DNA of 64,000 nucleotides from an uncultured virus (IMG/VR IMGVR_UViG_3300038441_002670) (IMGVR_UViG_3300038441_002670), one strand, 5' to 3'. Positions 9,824-19,368 are shown, counted from the stretch's first letter. The notes: generated by a model from the sequence alone, not told the origin. Numbers and translations: made by a program.

Positions 9824-10010
9824 CCATTACTGCCGAACTCGGTATCCCGGCGCTCCTGCTCACCGGGCGGACCATGCCAGATGTGGAGGTGGTACTCCAG
9901 CGGGCGGGGCTCCTGCCGAGCGAGGCCGAGCAGTTGCGCTGGGGGATGGACCCGGAGACGCCCGGGGCGTATCGTCTCACGTTTACAGTGACCCTGCGCG
10001 AGGAATCAGC

Positions 10011-10334
10011 ATGAGTGCCTGTTGTGCCTGTGCGAAGTGTCAATGCCTGTGTCATCGTCCTTTGACGACGCAGGACTATCGCCGTATGACACAGGAAGCG
10101 TTACTGGGGGAGCCGTTAGCACGGGTGGCGGCGCGGTGGCATACCAATACGACGCAGCTCCGCCAGATCATTGACGCTGTGTGCTTTGAGGCGAACCCGG
10201 CCCGGTATACCCAGGACCGCACGTGGGGGGGCAAAGTCCTGGAGACGCTGCGCCTCTATGCCACAGATTATGGGTTTCAGGCGGCGCCCAAGTACGCGGC
10301 CTGGCGCCGGAAGCACGAGGAGTGCGCCTCATGA
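10011..10334 (+). CDS. hypothetical protein (possible HTH)
   Basis: ATGA-coupled, GAGG RBS. Confidence 0.5.
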   Translation: MSACCACAKCQCLCHRPLTTQDYRRMTQEALLGEPLARVAARWHTNTTQLRQIIDAVCFEANPARYTQDRTWGGKVLETLRLYATDYGFQAAPKYAAWRRKHEECAS

Positions 10335-10798
10335 CGCAGCACCAGAGGACCGGCTTTCCGCTCGAACTCCATGGTGCGATGGGGAGTCTGTTGTCGCACC
10401 TGCGGAACACACTGGTGCATGTCGAGGTGTTCCTGGGCACCACGTATACCAAGCAGATGATGAGTCGCATCGCCAAGCCGCGTAAGGCCATCGATCGCTT
10501 GCGGTGTCGTCTCGACACGGCCGTGTTCCAGGAATATCCGACCCTGACGCACGCGGGCCGTGTGTATTATCCGGTGGCCGTGCAACTCGCTCCCGTGGTG
10601 CCTGTGTCGCTGGAGGAGGTCTGTCGCGTGCTTGATGCCTACGGCGCCACGATGCATGCCGTAGCAGATCTGTTGTTCGAGCACTACCCGGTGGCCCTGG
10701 GGGATGCGGCCATCAAGCTGGCCAACGAGTTGACGTATCAAGCGAGTGAATTGCCCTATGCCGTGGGTCCACCGAAGCATCGACGCCACGTGGCCTGA
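10331..10798 (+). CDS. hypothetical protein
   Basis: GAGGAG RBS, ATGA-coupled. Confidence 0.55.
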   Translation: MTQHQRTGFPLELHGAMGSLLSHLRNTLVHVEVFLGTTYTKQMMSRIAKPRKAIDRLRCRLDTAVFQEYPTLTHAGRVYYPVAVQLAPVVPVSLEEVCRVLDAYGATMHAVADLLFEHYPVALGDAAIKLANELTYQASELPYAVGPPKHRRHVA

Positions 10799-10811
10799 TG
10801 AGGAGCCCACC

Positions 10812-11045
10812 ATGACGCTCGACGCAACGCTCTGGGAGGTCCTTGAAGCCCATGGCGTAACGACCGCCCTAATGGATAAGCTGCGGCGGCTTATGGAAGC
10901 CCAAGAAAATGGTGAATGGACTTGGCATCTCGTGGGCGGCCGCCTGAAGCAGTGTGATTTGCGCATACGGTATTCCGCAGATCCCTACCACGTGACGCGT
11001 GTGGAGAATGCGGTGCTCGACGGGGAAAGCGTCGTGCGGTCATAG
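10812..11045 (+). CDS. hypothetical protein
   Basis: AGGAG RBS. Confidence 0.55.
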   Translation: MTLDATLWEVLEAHGVTTALMDKLRRLMEAQENGEWTWHLVGGRLKQCDLRIRYSADPYHVTRVENAVLDGESVVRS

Positions 11046-11222
11046 AGAAGAGAAGCTCTAGGCAACCGTAACCTTCCGTGGGCTACGTCTTAGGAGAAGT
11101 GTATCTAAAGGCAAAACTGGTCCCAACCATTTGAAAAATAATTACTTGGGACCATTTGAATTTCAGAGAGAAGTCTAGTATATCTCTAGCGTCAAGCTCG
11201 GATTTCATCTCTGGAGGTAGGC

Positions 11223-11927
11223 ATGACTCCTGAACGGCGTGCGCGTATTTCCAAGGCAGTCGCCGCAGAAGAACAGGCTGGAAGACCCTGGACGAATCTC
11301 TCTATCTTTCGTATCGTGCGCGGCAACTACGAAGAGGTCGCACAGGTCCTCAAATACCATCGTCGTGGCAAAGTATGTCCTTTATTGATACGGCCATCCT
11401 CCCATCCTGCGCGATTATCGCCTCAAGAAGCTTTTGACCGTCGCGTGAAGATGGGCCAGAAGACCATCAAACTTATTGAGTTCCTCGAAACCTGTCAGGA
11501 AGGGACCTTCTTTTCCTATGCGGTTATTAATACGCATGTTGGTTTTAATGTTCAGGCCGCGCGTGATAATCTGATGACGGCACGCATGTATGTACTTGCG
11601 ACCTGTGGACTCTGGTTTGAACCTGAAGTCAACAAGGGGCTCCATTGTGTCACGGAGTCAGGCAAGCTGGCTGCGACAGACCGTTATAGGCGCGAGGCCC
11701 ATAATAAGCATAAGAAAAATATGCAGATTAATGCGAGTATTGATATAGATGCGTTGCCTATCGAGGACCACCCGCGCTGGGTCGCTGCTATGAGTATCGA
11801 CAGCGCGGTCGCCATAGCGACGGATGAGAAGACCGTTGCCCAGGTGCGTGACCAGCGTGAACCGCAGCCGTTGTTGATTGATCCCCGTCAATATCGTGAA
11901 GTCTTCCAAGGCTTGTTGGCAGGCTAA
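11223..11927 (+). CDS. hypothetical protein with possible N-terminal (KfrA-like) HTH
   Basis: GGAGG RBS, lower GC than its neighbours, preceded by an AT-rich intergenic region. Confidence 0.6.
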   Translation: MTPERRARISKAVAAEEQAGRPWTNLSIFRIVRGNYEEVAQVLKYHRRGKVCPLLIRPSSHPARLSPQEAFDRRVKMGQKTIKLIEFLETCQEGTFFSYAVINTHVGFNVQAARDNLMTARMYVLATCGLWFEPEVNKGLHCVTESGKLAATDRYRREAHNKHKKNMQINASIDIDALPIEDHPRWVAAMSIDSAVAIATDEKTVAQVRDQREPQPLLIDPRQYREVFQGLLAG

Positions 11928-11973
11928 AGAGGATCGTGCGCTGTGATGAGCAGCGGATGGTGAGAAATAGCAC

Positions 11974-12002
11974 TTGACATTTCTGCCAACTCTGCACACT
12001 AT
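11974..12002 (+). promoter_or_regulatory. putative sigma70 promoter upstream of the scaffold/capsid genes
   Basis: TTGACA (11974-11979), 17 bp spacer, weak -10 CACTAT. Confidence 0.45.
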
Positions 12003-12055
12003 CACGGCATATTATGCGCTAGTCGTTGACTAGCAGCACCATCACTGACCGACAT

Positions 12056-12106
12056 ATGGCTTCGACCTGTTCTCACACGAGGGCGGGGGCGAAGCCATTT
12101 TCTTTT
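12056..12106 (+). terminator. putative intrinsic terminator or attenuator
   Basis: ATGGCTTCG...CGAAGCCAT stem followed by TTTCTTTT. Confidence 0.6.
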
Positions 12107-12116
12107 GTGCCCACAT

Positions 12117-12268
12117 GACCAACGCGGGATGCGGCGGTCTCAGGGCCGTTGGTGGGATGCCAAGGGCCTTGCGGGATAGATGCCCCTCAGATGGAGTGGG
12201 ATGCTCTGTCTGTCTTCACGCTGCTGGCGGGATGCCAGCGGGTGCCTTTACACACTGGGATGGTGCGT
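12117..12268 (+). promoter_or_regulatory. array of five GGGAU-loop RNA hairpins in the scaffold gene leader
   Basis: Five stems of different sequence each close an identical GGGAT loop; the last one overlaps the RBS. Confidence 0.8.
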
Positions 12269-12269
12269 T

Positions 12270-13052
12270 ATGGCATTACGACAACTGTTTGAGACCCAAA
12301 GTGAGATTCCAAGTGGGTTGCAAGAGCACTATATCGAAAAAGACGGCAAGTGGCTGTTGCAAACGGACCCACAGTTTGAAGATGTGACGGCCTTGAAGAC
12401 GGTGCTGAATCAGGAGCGGACCTTGCGCCGCGATGTCGAGAAGTCGTTCTCAGACATGAAGATCAAGTTTGAGGGCGTCGACCCTGAGGACTACCGCAAG
12501 CTTCAGGACCGTGTCAAAGGGCTCGACGACGCCGACGTGTACGACAAGCAGGGGATCGAGGTCCTGATTGCCCGACGCACGGAGTCGATGAAAAACGACC
12601 ACGAGCGCCAACTCGCCACGCTGAAGCGCGAGAACGAGCACCTCAAGGCCACGAGTACCGACCTGGATCGCCGCTGGCGCCAAGACCGGATCAAAACGGC
12701 ACTCCTTGATGCTGTCACCAAGTCCGGGGTCCATGAGAAAGCTGTTGATGATGCTGTGCACCGGGGCCTGAGCGTCTTTACCGACCTGGACGAGAAAGGG
12801 AACGTCATTGCCAAAAATGGCGAGGACACGATTTACGGCAAAGATGGCGTCAACGCGCTGAACCCGAGTGAGTGGATCAGCACGCTGAAATCCAGCGGCC
12901 AGGCCTCGCACCTGTGGCCCAGCTCCTCCGGGGGTGGTGCCCCGGCGCATCACGGCGGCAATGGCGCTGGTGGGATTGATTGGAACAGTATCACGAACCC
13001 GGCTGAACGCCTGACGCGGTTCCGCGAGTGGCAGGCGACCCAACAACGCTAA
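12270..13052 (+). CDS. capsid scaffolding protein
   Basis: Immediately upstream of the major capsid gene; HYIEKDGKWLL start, coiled coil, HLWPSSSGGG tail. Confidence 0.85.
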   Translation: MALRQLFETQSEIPSGLQEHYIEKDGKWLLQTDPQFEDVTALKTVLNQERTLRRDVEKSFSDMKIKFEGVDPEDYRKLQDRVKGLDDADVYDKQGIEVLIARRTESMKNDHERQLATLKRENEHLKATSTDLDRRWRQDRIKTALLDAVTKSGVHEKAVDDAVHRGLSVFTDLDEKGNVIAKNGEDTIYGKDGVNALNPSEWISTLKSSGQASHLWPSSSGGGAPAHHGGNGAGGIDWNSITNPAERLTRFREWQATQQR

Positions 13053-13125
13053 TCCCCTCCCCTGACGAGCCTCCTGGCAGGGCGCTGACGTAGGGGCGGG
13101 ACATCCGTACGGAGGAAACATCCCT

Positions 13126-14061
13126 ATGGCCCTGACTATCGTTGAGGCAAGTAAACTCAATTCCGGTGACGTCGCCCGCACGGCGATCGTGGAAATGTAC
13201 GCAAGAAACAGTGACATATTGCGCGTGCTCCCGTTTGAGGGAATAGCCGGTAACGCCTTGAAATATAACCGCGAAGACATCTTGCCTGGTGTCGGTTTTC
13301 GCGGAGTGAATGAGGGCTTTACTGAGTCGGTGGGCGTGCTCAATCCCATTACCGAGAGCCTCGTTATTGCGGGCGGCGACCTCGACGTTGATCGCTTCAT
13401 CACGCAAACCATGGGGGCGAACCAACGCAGTGTGCAGGAAGGGCTGAAGGTCAAGGCCCTGGCGCATCGCTGGACGCTGGCCTTCATCAAAGGCGACAGT
13501 TCAGCAGATCCCAGAGAATTTGATGGCCTCCAAAGACGGATACCGCCAGGGAGTTCGCAACTGCTCGATGCGGGAGCGACGTCGGGTGGGGACGCGCTGT
13601 CGCTGTTCAAGCTGGATACGCTGATTAGCAAGGTGGATGATCCGAACTACCTTATTATGAACAATACGATGGCGCTGAGGCTGGCGCAGGCGGCGAGGAA
13701 CACCGCTGTCGGCGGGTTCGTAAGCTGGACGCCGGGTCAGTTCGGGCAAAGAATTATGGAATATAACGGTATCCCCATTCTTGTGGCGCGAGAGGATAAC
13801 GTCGGCAACGATATTCTCCCCTTTACTGAGGCCAATCCCGGTGGTGGCGCAGCGGCCAGTACGAGCATCTATGCTGTGCAGTTCGGCGATGGCGGCCTAG
13901 TGGGCATTCAGAACCAGGACATTTCGGTCCGTGATTTGGGGGAGCTTGAGGCGAAGCCTGTTTTTCGTACCCGCGTGGAATGGTACGCCTCAATAGCACT
14001 ATTCCATGGTAGAGCAGTGGCGCGTTTGCGTGGCGTGAAGGACGCCGCCATCGTAGTATAG
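13126..14061 (+). CDS. major capsid protein
   Basis: MALTIVEASKL, FRGVNEG, GGDLDVD, EFDGL, AVARLRG; strong GGAGG RBS; position after the scaffold. Confidence 0.9.
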   Translation: MALTIVEASKLNSGDVARTAIVEMYARNSDILRVLPFEGIAGNALKYNREDILPGVGFRGVNEGFTESVGVLNPITESLVIAGGDLDVDRFITQTMGANQRSVQEGLKVKALAHRWTLAFIKGDSSADPREFDGLQRRIPPGSSQLLDAGATSGGDALSLFKLDTLISKVDDPNYLIMNNTMALRLAQAARNTAVGGFVSWTPGQFGQRIMEYNGIPILVAREDNVGNDILPFTEANPGGGAAASTSIYAVQFGDGGLVGIQNQDISVRDLGELEAKPVFRTRVEWYASIALFHGRAVARLRGVKDAAIVV

Positions 14062-14088
14062 TTCATAATGGCAGCGTCCTATGAGGTA

Positions 14089-14883
14089 CTAGAGTTGATG
14101 CTTCAGGCGGCGCAGGATCGAGGATTTGTCTACCCCGTATCGCGCAGCAAGACGACGCGAGGGCCACTCTCCTGTGGCGTGCAGCGCCAAGGCTTCTTGC
14201 CATTGCGCATCAGTAAGCTTGGCATTTCCGCTGCGCTCGCCGCGTGCCGCACGTTCTCGGCGTCCAGGAATCATCGCAGGATCGCCATACTTCTTGATAA
14301 TCCAGAAGGGCGTGCCCTCCTTGACGCTATAGCGTTCGGCCAGTTGTTTGTACGTCCATTCGCCTGTCGCATACAACGCGCACATCTCAAGTGCCTGGGT
14401 TTTCGTAATTTTCCGTGGGGTGTTGTCACGGCCTTTAGCAATCTTGTCAAGCATGTTGGCTTGGTGCGTCCCAAGCCACAGGTGGGCAGGGTTACAACAC
14501 GCGGGTTGGTCTCCTATCTCCCCCGGACAGTTGTGCAAGACATCCATGCCTTCCGGTGGCCATGTGCTGTGAAAGAGATACCAACTGACTACGTGGGCTC
14601 CGACATTGCGTCGTTGTTCAAGGACGTAGATCGTTCCATAGCCTTTGCCTGCCTTGGCTCCAGTCCACAGCCAGCATTCGTTGGGACCAGCTTTGGCTAC
14701 CTTAGCCCAAAAGCGGTCTGCAAGCGGAGTTGCGTCTTGAGTACTCTTGGCATTTTTGGCACGACAACTCGTAGAACAAAATTCACGGAATATGTCACGA
14801 GTGCGAACGGGAACTATGACAAACGTCTGACTACATGGGGGCCATTGGCATATACGTGTTATAGGCGTAAGACGTGGCTTCAT
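14089..14883 (-). CDS. HNH homing endonuclease with C-terminal HTH repeats
   Basis: RFWAKV, CWLWTGA, GYG, AHVVSW, VLHNC...CCNPAHLWLGTHQANMLD, NAKLT. Confidence 0.92.
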   Translation of the reverse strand: MKPRLTPITRICQWPPCSQTFVIVPVRTRDIFREFCSTSCRAKNAKSTQDATPLADRFWAKVAKAGPNECWLWTGAKAGKGYGTIYVLEQRRNVGAHVVSWYLFHSTWPPEGMDVLHNCPGEIGDQPACCNPAHLWLGTHQANMLDKIAKGRDNTPRKITKTQALEMCALYATGEWTYKQLAERYSVKEGTPFWIIKKYGDPAMIPGRRERAARGERSGNAKLTDAQWQEALALHATGEWPSRRLAARYGVDKSSILRRLKHQL

Positions 14884-15029
14884 CGATGGGCCTCCTTATC
14901 AGGTGGTGGCAGTGCGTTAGGCCCTCATGCAGATAAGGTACACAAGGCTTGCGGGAGTTGCGCAGCTCCACCTAACGTTACTATAAGTATACCATATTTC
15001 AATGGTATATCAATAGGAGTAGTACAAAT

Positions 15030-15458
15030 ATGACTACTGCGGTTTTTGACAAGGCCCTCGAACTTTTAAGTCCCGGCGCAGCCCTAGCGGCCAACGGTTC
15101 TTCGACTGGCGTGTTGCTCTACCCGCGTCAGTTTCCGTCTGCCGATTGGGTTGTCTACGTGTCAGCGGTCGTTGCTACGGGCACCTATGTCTTTAATCTC
15201 CAGGTGAGCGATCTCGTTGGTGGCACCTATACAACGATAGCCACCATCACGTGGCCTCCGGCTGTAGCAACCGGCAAGTTGGCAGTCGGGATTAAGGGCG
15301 CCCAGGCACAGTGGTTTGATAACGATAGCAAATTTGTCCGCGTCAACTATGTGATCGGTGGGACCACGCCTGGCGCGGTAGTGGGATCGTATATCACGCT
15401 TCCATCCAACAATGCTGGCCTAGGTGTTGACGTTGGTGATATTTATACGTTTGTATAA
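15030..15458 (+). CDS. putative capsid decoration/cement protein
   Basis: Beta-rich 142-aa protein right after the capsid gene; KFVRVNY motif. Confidence 0.6.
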   Translation: MTTAVFDKALELLSPGAALAANGSSTGVLLYPRQFPSADWVVYVSAVVATGTYVFNLQVSDLVGGTYTTIATITWPPAVATGKLAVGIKGAQAQWFDNDSKFVRVNYVIGGTTPGAVVGSYITLPSNNAGLGVDVGDIYTFV

Positions 15459-15493
15459 GGTTACATAATGTTCATTTGACGGAGGAACGCGCC

Positions 15494-15925
15494 ATGCCCC
15501 AAAATCCCGTGATGGTCTATTCCACAGAGGACGGGCTTCCTACGTACATGCACACCGTGGATGCCGCCGAAGCCGTGCGCCTGGGCGACTACACCGCCGC
15601 GCCGCCTGACGCGAAAGAGCCGGAGCCCGAAGCCCGCGCCTCGGCCATGAGCCGCTTCCGCACCGGCCAGGGCACCACGCATCCGGAGCTCCAGACGGAG
15701 GAGGAACGCGAGGAAGCCCGTGCCACGGCCAACGCGCAAGCGGAGCTGATGGCCGGGGTGCCCGCCGGGGCACAGGTGGTTGTGATGGCGCCCACGCCCG
15801 CGACCACGCCAAGTGCGCAGCGGACGGCGCGGAGTCAGCAGACGGCGGCGAGTAGCGCGAGCCATACGCCGACGCCGACGCCGACGCCGCCACCGAGCAC
15901 GCCCCCGGCGTCCCGGTCGCACTAA
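15494..15925 (+). CDS. hypothetical protein with Pro/Thr-rich tail
   Basis: GGAGG RBS; TPTPTPTPPP C-terminus. Confidence 0.6.
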   Translation: MPQNPVMVYSTEDGLPTYMHTVDAAEAVRLGDYTAAPPDAKEPEPEARASAMSRFRTGQGTTHPELQTEEEREEARATANAQAELMAGVPAGAQVVVMAPTPATTPSAQRTARSQQTAASSASHTPTPTPTPPPSTPPASRSH

Positions 15926-15942
15926 GGAGGAGGTGCCTGACG

Positions 15943-16458
15943 ATGGCACTCGATGCGACGGTGGGCGGGGTATCGGCAAACTCTTACGTAACCATGTCCG
16001 TCGCCTCGGCCTTCCTCGATGGCCGCTTGCATATCGACGCCTGGATCGAGGCCAGTGGTGCCGAGCGCGAGTCTGCGCTTATCTGGGCCACCCGCCTGCT
16101 CGATCAGCAAGTCCGCTGGTACGGCATGCCGACGACGATGACGCAAGCCCTCGCCTGGCCGATGACGGGCATGGTGGATCGCTACGGACGGCCCATTAGC
16201 CCCACGATCGTGCCGACCACGATCCAGGAAGCGACGGCAGTCTATGCCCTGGCCTTGCTAGAGGATACGAGTAGTGAGACGGATAGTGGGGCGGATACGG
16301 GCATCAAGATGAAGAAGCTGGGCGCCATGACGATTGAGTTCTTTGAGCACCGGCCCCCGTCGTCGGCGGCTACGCTCATGCCGCTCGAAGTGCGGCAAAT
16401 GGTGGCGCTGTATGGCACCGTGGCGGGCAGCATCAATGTGCCGGTCCTGCGGACGTAG
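15943..16458 (+). CDS. head-tail adaptor (DnaT-like family)
   Basis: ANSYVT, ALIWATRLLD, QALAWP, KKLG motifs. Confidence 0.8.
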   Translation: MALDATVGGVSANSYVTMSVASAFLDGRLHIDAWIEASGAERESALIWATRLLDQQVRWYGMPTTMTQALAWPMTGMVDRYGRPISPTIVPTTIQEATAVYALALLEDTSSETDSGADTGIKMKKLGAMTIEFFEHRPPSSAATLMPLEVRQMVALYGTVAGSINVPVLRT

Positions 16459-16460
16459 CC

Positions 16461-16781
16461 ATGCCACTGCATCCCGCGCTGGCGGCGCTCCTCACGCAGA
16501 CGGTGCTGCATGCGCCCTATACCGGGCAAGATGGCTATGGCGCCTCGACGTATGGGCCTGCGGTGACCCGCGAGGCGAGTATCCAGTACGATCTGCGGCA
16601 AGTCCCGACGCCCCAGGGGGAGCAGGCCCGGAGTATGACGCTGGTGTTCCTCAATGGCGATCAGCCGGTGGGGGCGCGCGATAAGCTCACGCTGCCCGAT
16701 GGGACGAGCCCGGCGATTCAGCAACTCGTGGCCGTGATGGATGTCAATAAGAGCCTGTCGCACTATGAGATCCGCCTGTGA
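16461..16781 (+). CDS. head closure / stopper-like protein
   Basis: DGYG..YG, DKLTLPDG, HYEIRL; follows the adaptor. Confidence 0.65.
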   Translation: MPLHPALAALLTQTVLHAPYTGQDGYGASTYGPAVTREASIQYDLRQVPTPQGEQARSMTLVFLNGDQPVGARDKLTLPDGTSPAIQQLVAVMDVNKSLSHYEIRL

Positions 16782-16811
16782 GGCCCAGGCATCTCTTGCA
16801 AGGAGCAGTCT

Positions 16812-17075
16812 ATGGCACTACTAAGTGATGCGGAGCGGCGGGAGTGCTGGGCGCGTCTCATGGCCATGTTTCCCCCGGGCACAGCCATTGCCATTGACAA
16901 AGTCGCCCTGCGGCGCTGTGTCGATGCGATTGATAGCGTGCTCAACTCGAATGCGGGGACGCTGAACCAACAAACGCAGGCCCTGGAGTCCACCTGGAAT
17001 CAGCTCCCCGTGCCCGTACGCTCGCAGGTGACGACCACGGTGATGACGCAGCGCTACGTGACAGGAGCAGGCTAG
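16812..17075 (+). CDS. hypothetical virion-associated protein
   Basis: AGGAG RBS. Confidence 0.6.
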   Translation: MALLSDAERRECWARLMAMFPPGTAIAIDKVALRRCVDAIDSVLNSNAGTLNQQTQALESTWNQLPVPVRSQVTTTVMTQRYVTGAG

Positions 17076-17593
17076 TGGCTTCGGGGCAGGTGGTGGTCAA
17101 GGTCAACGCAATTCAGCCCCCGGCGACGGTCGGCGCGGTGTTTGGCGTGCGCACGGGTGGCTCCTCCCCGGCGGAGCAGGTGCCGTACTATGCCTTTGAC
17201 GCGGCGGCAGACTGGTATCTGGATTTCTACTGTACGCTGGTGGGCTACGGCGGTGGCGGGCTCACCTTCCGCCTGACGGGCATGGCAGCCACGGCGACGA
17301 CCGGGGGCGCGCTCATGGCCCTGGCGATCCGGCGTCTCACGGATGACGCGGTGGACGTGGATACGGCGCAGACCTATGACTATAACGAGGTGCGGGTCCC
17401 GGCGCCCTCGGCCTCGGGCGAACTCACCTACGATACGATTACGTTTACGAACGGCGCCGACATGGATAGTGTGGCCAATAATGAAGACTTTATCCTGCGT
17501 CTGCGGCGGCGTGGCAGTGACAACACGGCCACGACGGGGGATGACATGGCGGGTTTTTATCAGTTGATTGGGCTTGTGGGGTTAGAAAGTTAA
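17075..17593 (+). CDS. hypothetical virion-associated beta-rich protein
   Basis: Coupled ORF with RBS. Confidence 0.6.
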   Translation: MASGQVVVKVNAIQPPATVGAVFGVRTGGSSPAEQVPYYAFDAAADWYLDFYCTLVGYGGGGLTFRLTGMAATATTGGALMALAIRRLTDDAVDVDTAQTYDYNEVRVPAPSASGELTYDTITFTNGADMDSVANNEDFILRLRRRGSDNTATTGDDMAGFYQLIGLVGLES

Positions 17594-17605
17594 GGATCGC
17601 GCTGC

Positions 17606-18355
17606 ATGGCCGTGCGCATGGATGCCGTTGGGGATTTCCTGCTCGGGAGCACCAACGTGCCGAGCGGGGCGGTCTCGGCCTCGTTCTGGCTGTATGAGAC
17701 GGGGACGACGCCAACCACCGACTGGTTTGTGTGGGGCATTGGCGGTAATACCTCCAGCCTGACGGATGCGTATGGGCTCTGGGGGAATCCGAGTGCGCGG
17801 ACGTTGACGCTCTATGGGCCGGGGGCGGTGTCGATGCTCACGACGGCGGCGCTGACGATCAACACGTGGACCTTTGTGGCGCTGGCCGGGAACACGGGGG
17901 CAAGCCAGTCCTGGACGGTGTGGCTCAACGCCACCGCCTACACAGGGACGTCGGGAGCGAGTACGGCCTACCTGGCGGGGCTGGTGGACCTGGGGGCCTC
18001 GGTGGAGTTTGCCTCCGCCTGGAGCGATGGGCGCTTTGCGGCGTACAAGCACTGGACGGCGACGCTGACGACGGCGCAGATGCAGGCCGAGCGCTGGACG
18101 TATCTGCCCCAGCGCTGGGATCAGTTGTGGGCCTGCTGTCCGCTGCTGCACACGGGGGCGCTGGGCGATGTCACCGGCCAGGGGCATGGCTTTGCGCCGA
18201 CGGGGACGCCGACGACGGAAGACGGGCCGGCGCTGGCGTGGGGATCGCACCTGCCGATGGGGCAGTGGTATACGGGAGGTCCCAGTGTGGCTCCCGCAGC
18301 GGTGTCCCGTCCTCCCCGCCGGTCGCTGGCGCGTTTCATGAGGAGGGCTGCCTAG
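17606..18355 (+). CDS. LamG/concanavalin A-like domain protein
   Basis: SASFW, NTWTFVAL, VWLNA, W...LT..QM..E pattern. Confidence 0.7.
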   Translation: MAVRMDAVGDFLLGSTNVPSGAVSASFWLYETGTTPTTDWFVWGIGGNTSSLTDAYGLWGNPSARTLTLYGPGAVSMLTTAALTINTWTFVALAGNTGASQSWTVWLNATAYTGTSGASTAYLAGLVDLGASVEFASAWSDGRFAAYKHWTATLTTAQMQAERWTYLPQRWDQLWACCPLLHTGALGDVTGQGHGFAPTGTPTTEDGPALAWGSHLPMGQWYTGGPSVAPAAVSRPPRRSLARFMRRAA

Positions 18356-18837
18356 TGGGGAGAATCTACTCCGTCACATTTGCCGCCACGGTCACGGCGG
18401 CTGGCACTGATACGGACTGGCTGGAAATTCTGCCGGCCGACGACAAGCCGGTGAAACTCCGGGGCTTCCTGCTCAGTCAGACGTCTGAAGTCAAAGATGC
18501 CGAAGAAGAGGGCTTGCGCTTTTCCGTGATCCGCCTCCCGGCCACCGTCACCAGCGGCAACGGCACCGCCACCACGCCGCAACCGATGGACAGCGCCGAT
18601 AGCGCCGCCGGGGCTGCCTGCGAAACCAACGGCACCACCGTGGCGACGACGAGCGGGACCGCGATCACGCTGATGGAGTTGGCCTGGATTAATCGCTTGT
18701 CGCCGTACGAGTGGTGGGCACCCGACCCGGTGTTTGCGCCCAAGGTGAAGCAGGGGGAAGGGCTGGTCATTCGCCAGCAAAGCACCCTCGTAGACGATAT
18801 GTCGGTGGCATTTACCGCGTGGTTGGAAGAGGAGTAG
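18355..18837 (+). CDS. hypothetical virion-associated protein
   Basis: GAGGAGG RBS, GTG start, W.EE C-terminus. Confidence 0.6.
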   Translation: MGRIYSVTFAATVTAAGTDTDWLEILPADDKPVKLRGFLLSQTSEVKDAEEEGLRFSVIRLPATVTSGNGTATTPQPMDSADSAAGAACETNGTTVATTSGTAITLMELAWINRLSPYEWWAPDPVFAPKVKQGEGLVIRQQSTLVDDMSVAFTAWLEEE

Positions 18838-18842
18838 ACCTA

Positions 18843-19247
18843 ATGGCTTTACAATATTCTGACCTAATCCGTAACGCCCAACTCGACCAGGTGGAGGTCA
18901 TTACAGGAACGGCTCCGCTCCTCACCATTCGCACGCTCGCTCCGCCCGCCAACTGTGCGGCGGCCAATACCGGGACCGTGCTGGCGACGATCAACCTGCC
19001 CTCGGACTGGATGGCGGTGGCGGCGTCGGGCACCAAAGCGATCCTGGGCGGTCCCTGGACGGAGTCGTCTGCCGATGCGGCTGGGACGGCTGGCCACTTC
19101 CGCATCCACAACACCGCGGGAACGGTCTGCCACCTGCAGGGCACGGTTGGTACAAGTGGAACCGATATGATAGTCGATAATGTAGTATTCGCGGTAGGCC
19201 AAGCGTTCTCAATTTCAACCTTCACTTTGACAGCCGGTAACGCTTGA
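18843..19247 (+). CDS. hypothetical virion structural protein
   Basis: RNAQLD, GTAGHFRI, QGTVG..G.D motifs typical of phage decoration/fibre-associated proteins. Confidence 0.65.
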   Translation: MALQYSDLIRNAQLDQVEVITGTAPLLTIRTLAPPANCAAANTGTVLATINLPSDWMAVAASGTKAILGGPWTESSADAAGTAGHFRIHNTAGTVCHLQGTVGTSGTDMIVDNVVFAVGQAFSISTFTLTAGNA

Positions 19248-19368
19248 TTTACAAGAGTTTATAGAATAATTATGATGTATATTATAGTACCCTTTTTAGA
19301 AAGATTCGCTAGAAATTTTCTTTACTATTATATCGTCTTCTAGCCCGTTCTCCCCCTAGAGGTCCCCT

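Noticed and set aside
11118..11154. 9-bp inverted repeat TGGTCCCAA/TTGGGACCA in an AT-rich gap
   Set aside because: Could be an operator, but it is a single short instance with no independent support
14068..15033. 321-aa plus-strand ORF (and likewise 27772..28881)
   Set aside because: Antisense shadows of clear minus-strand HNH genes, with no motifs of their own
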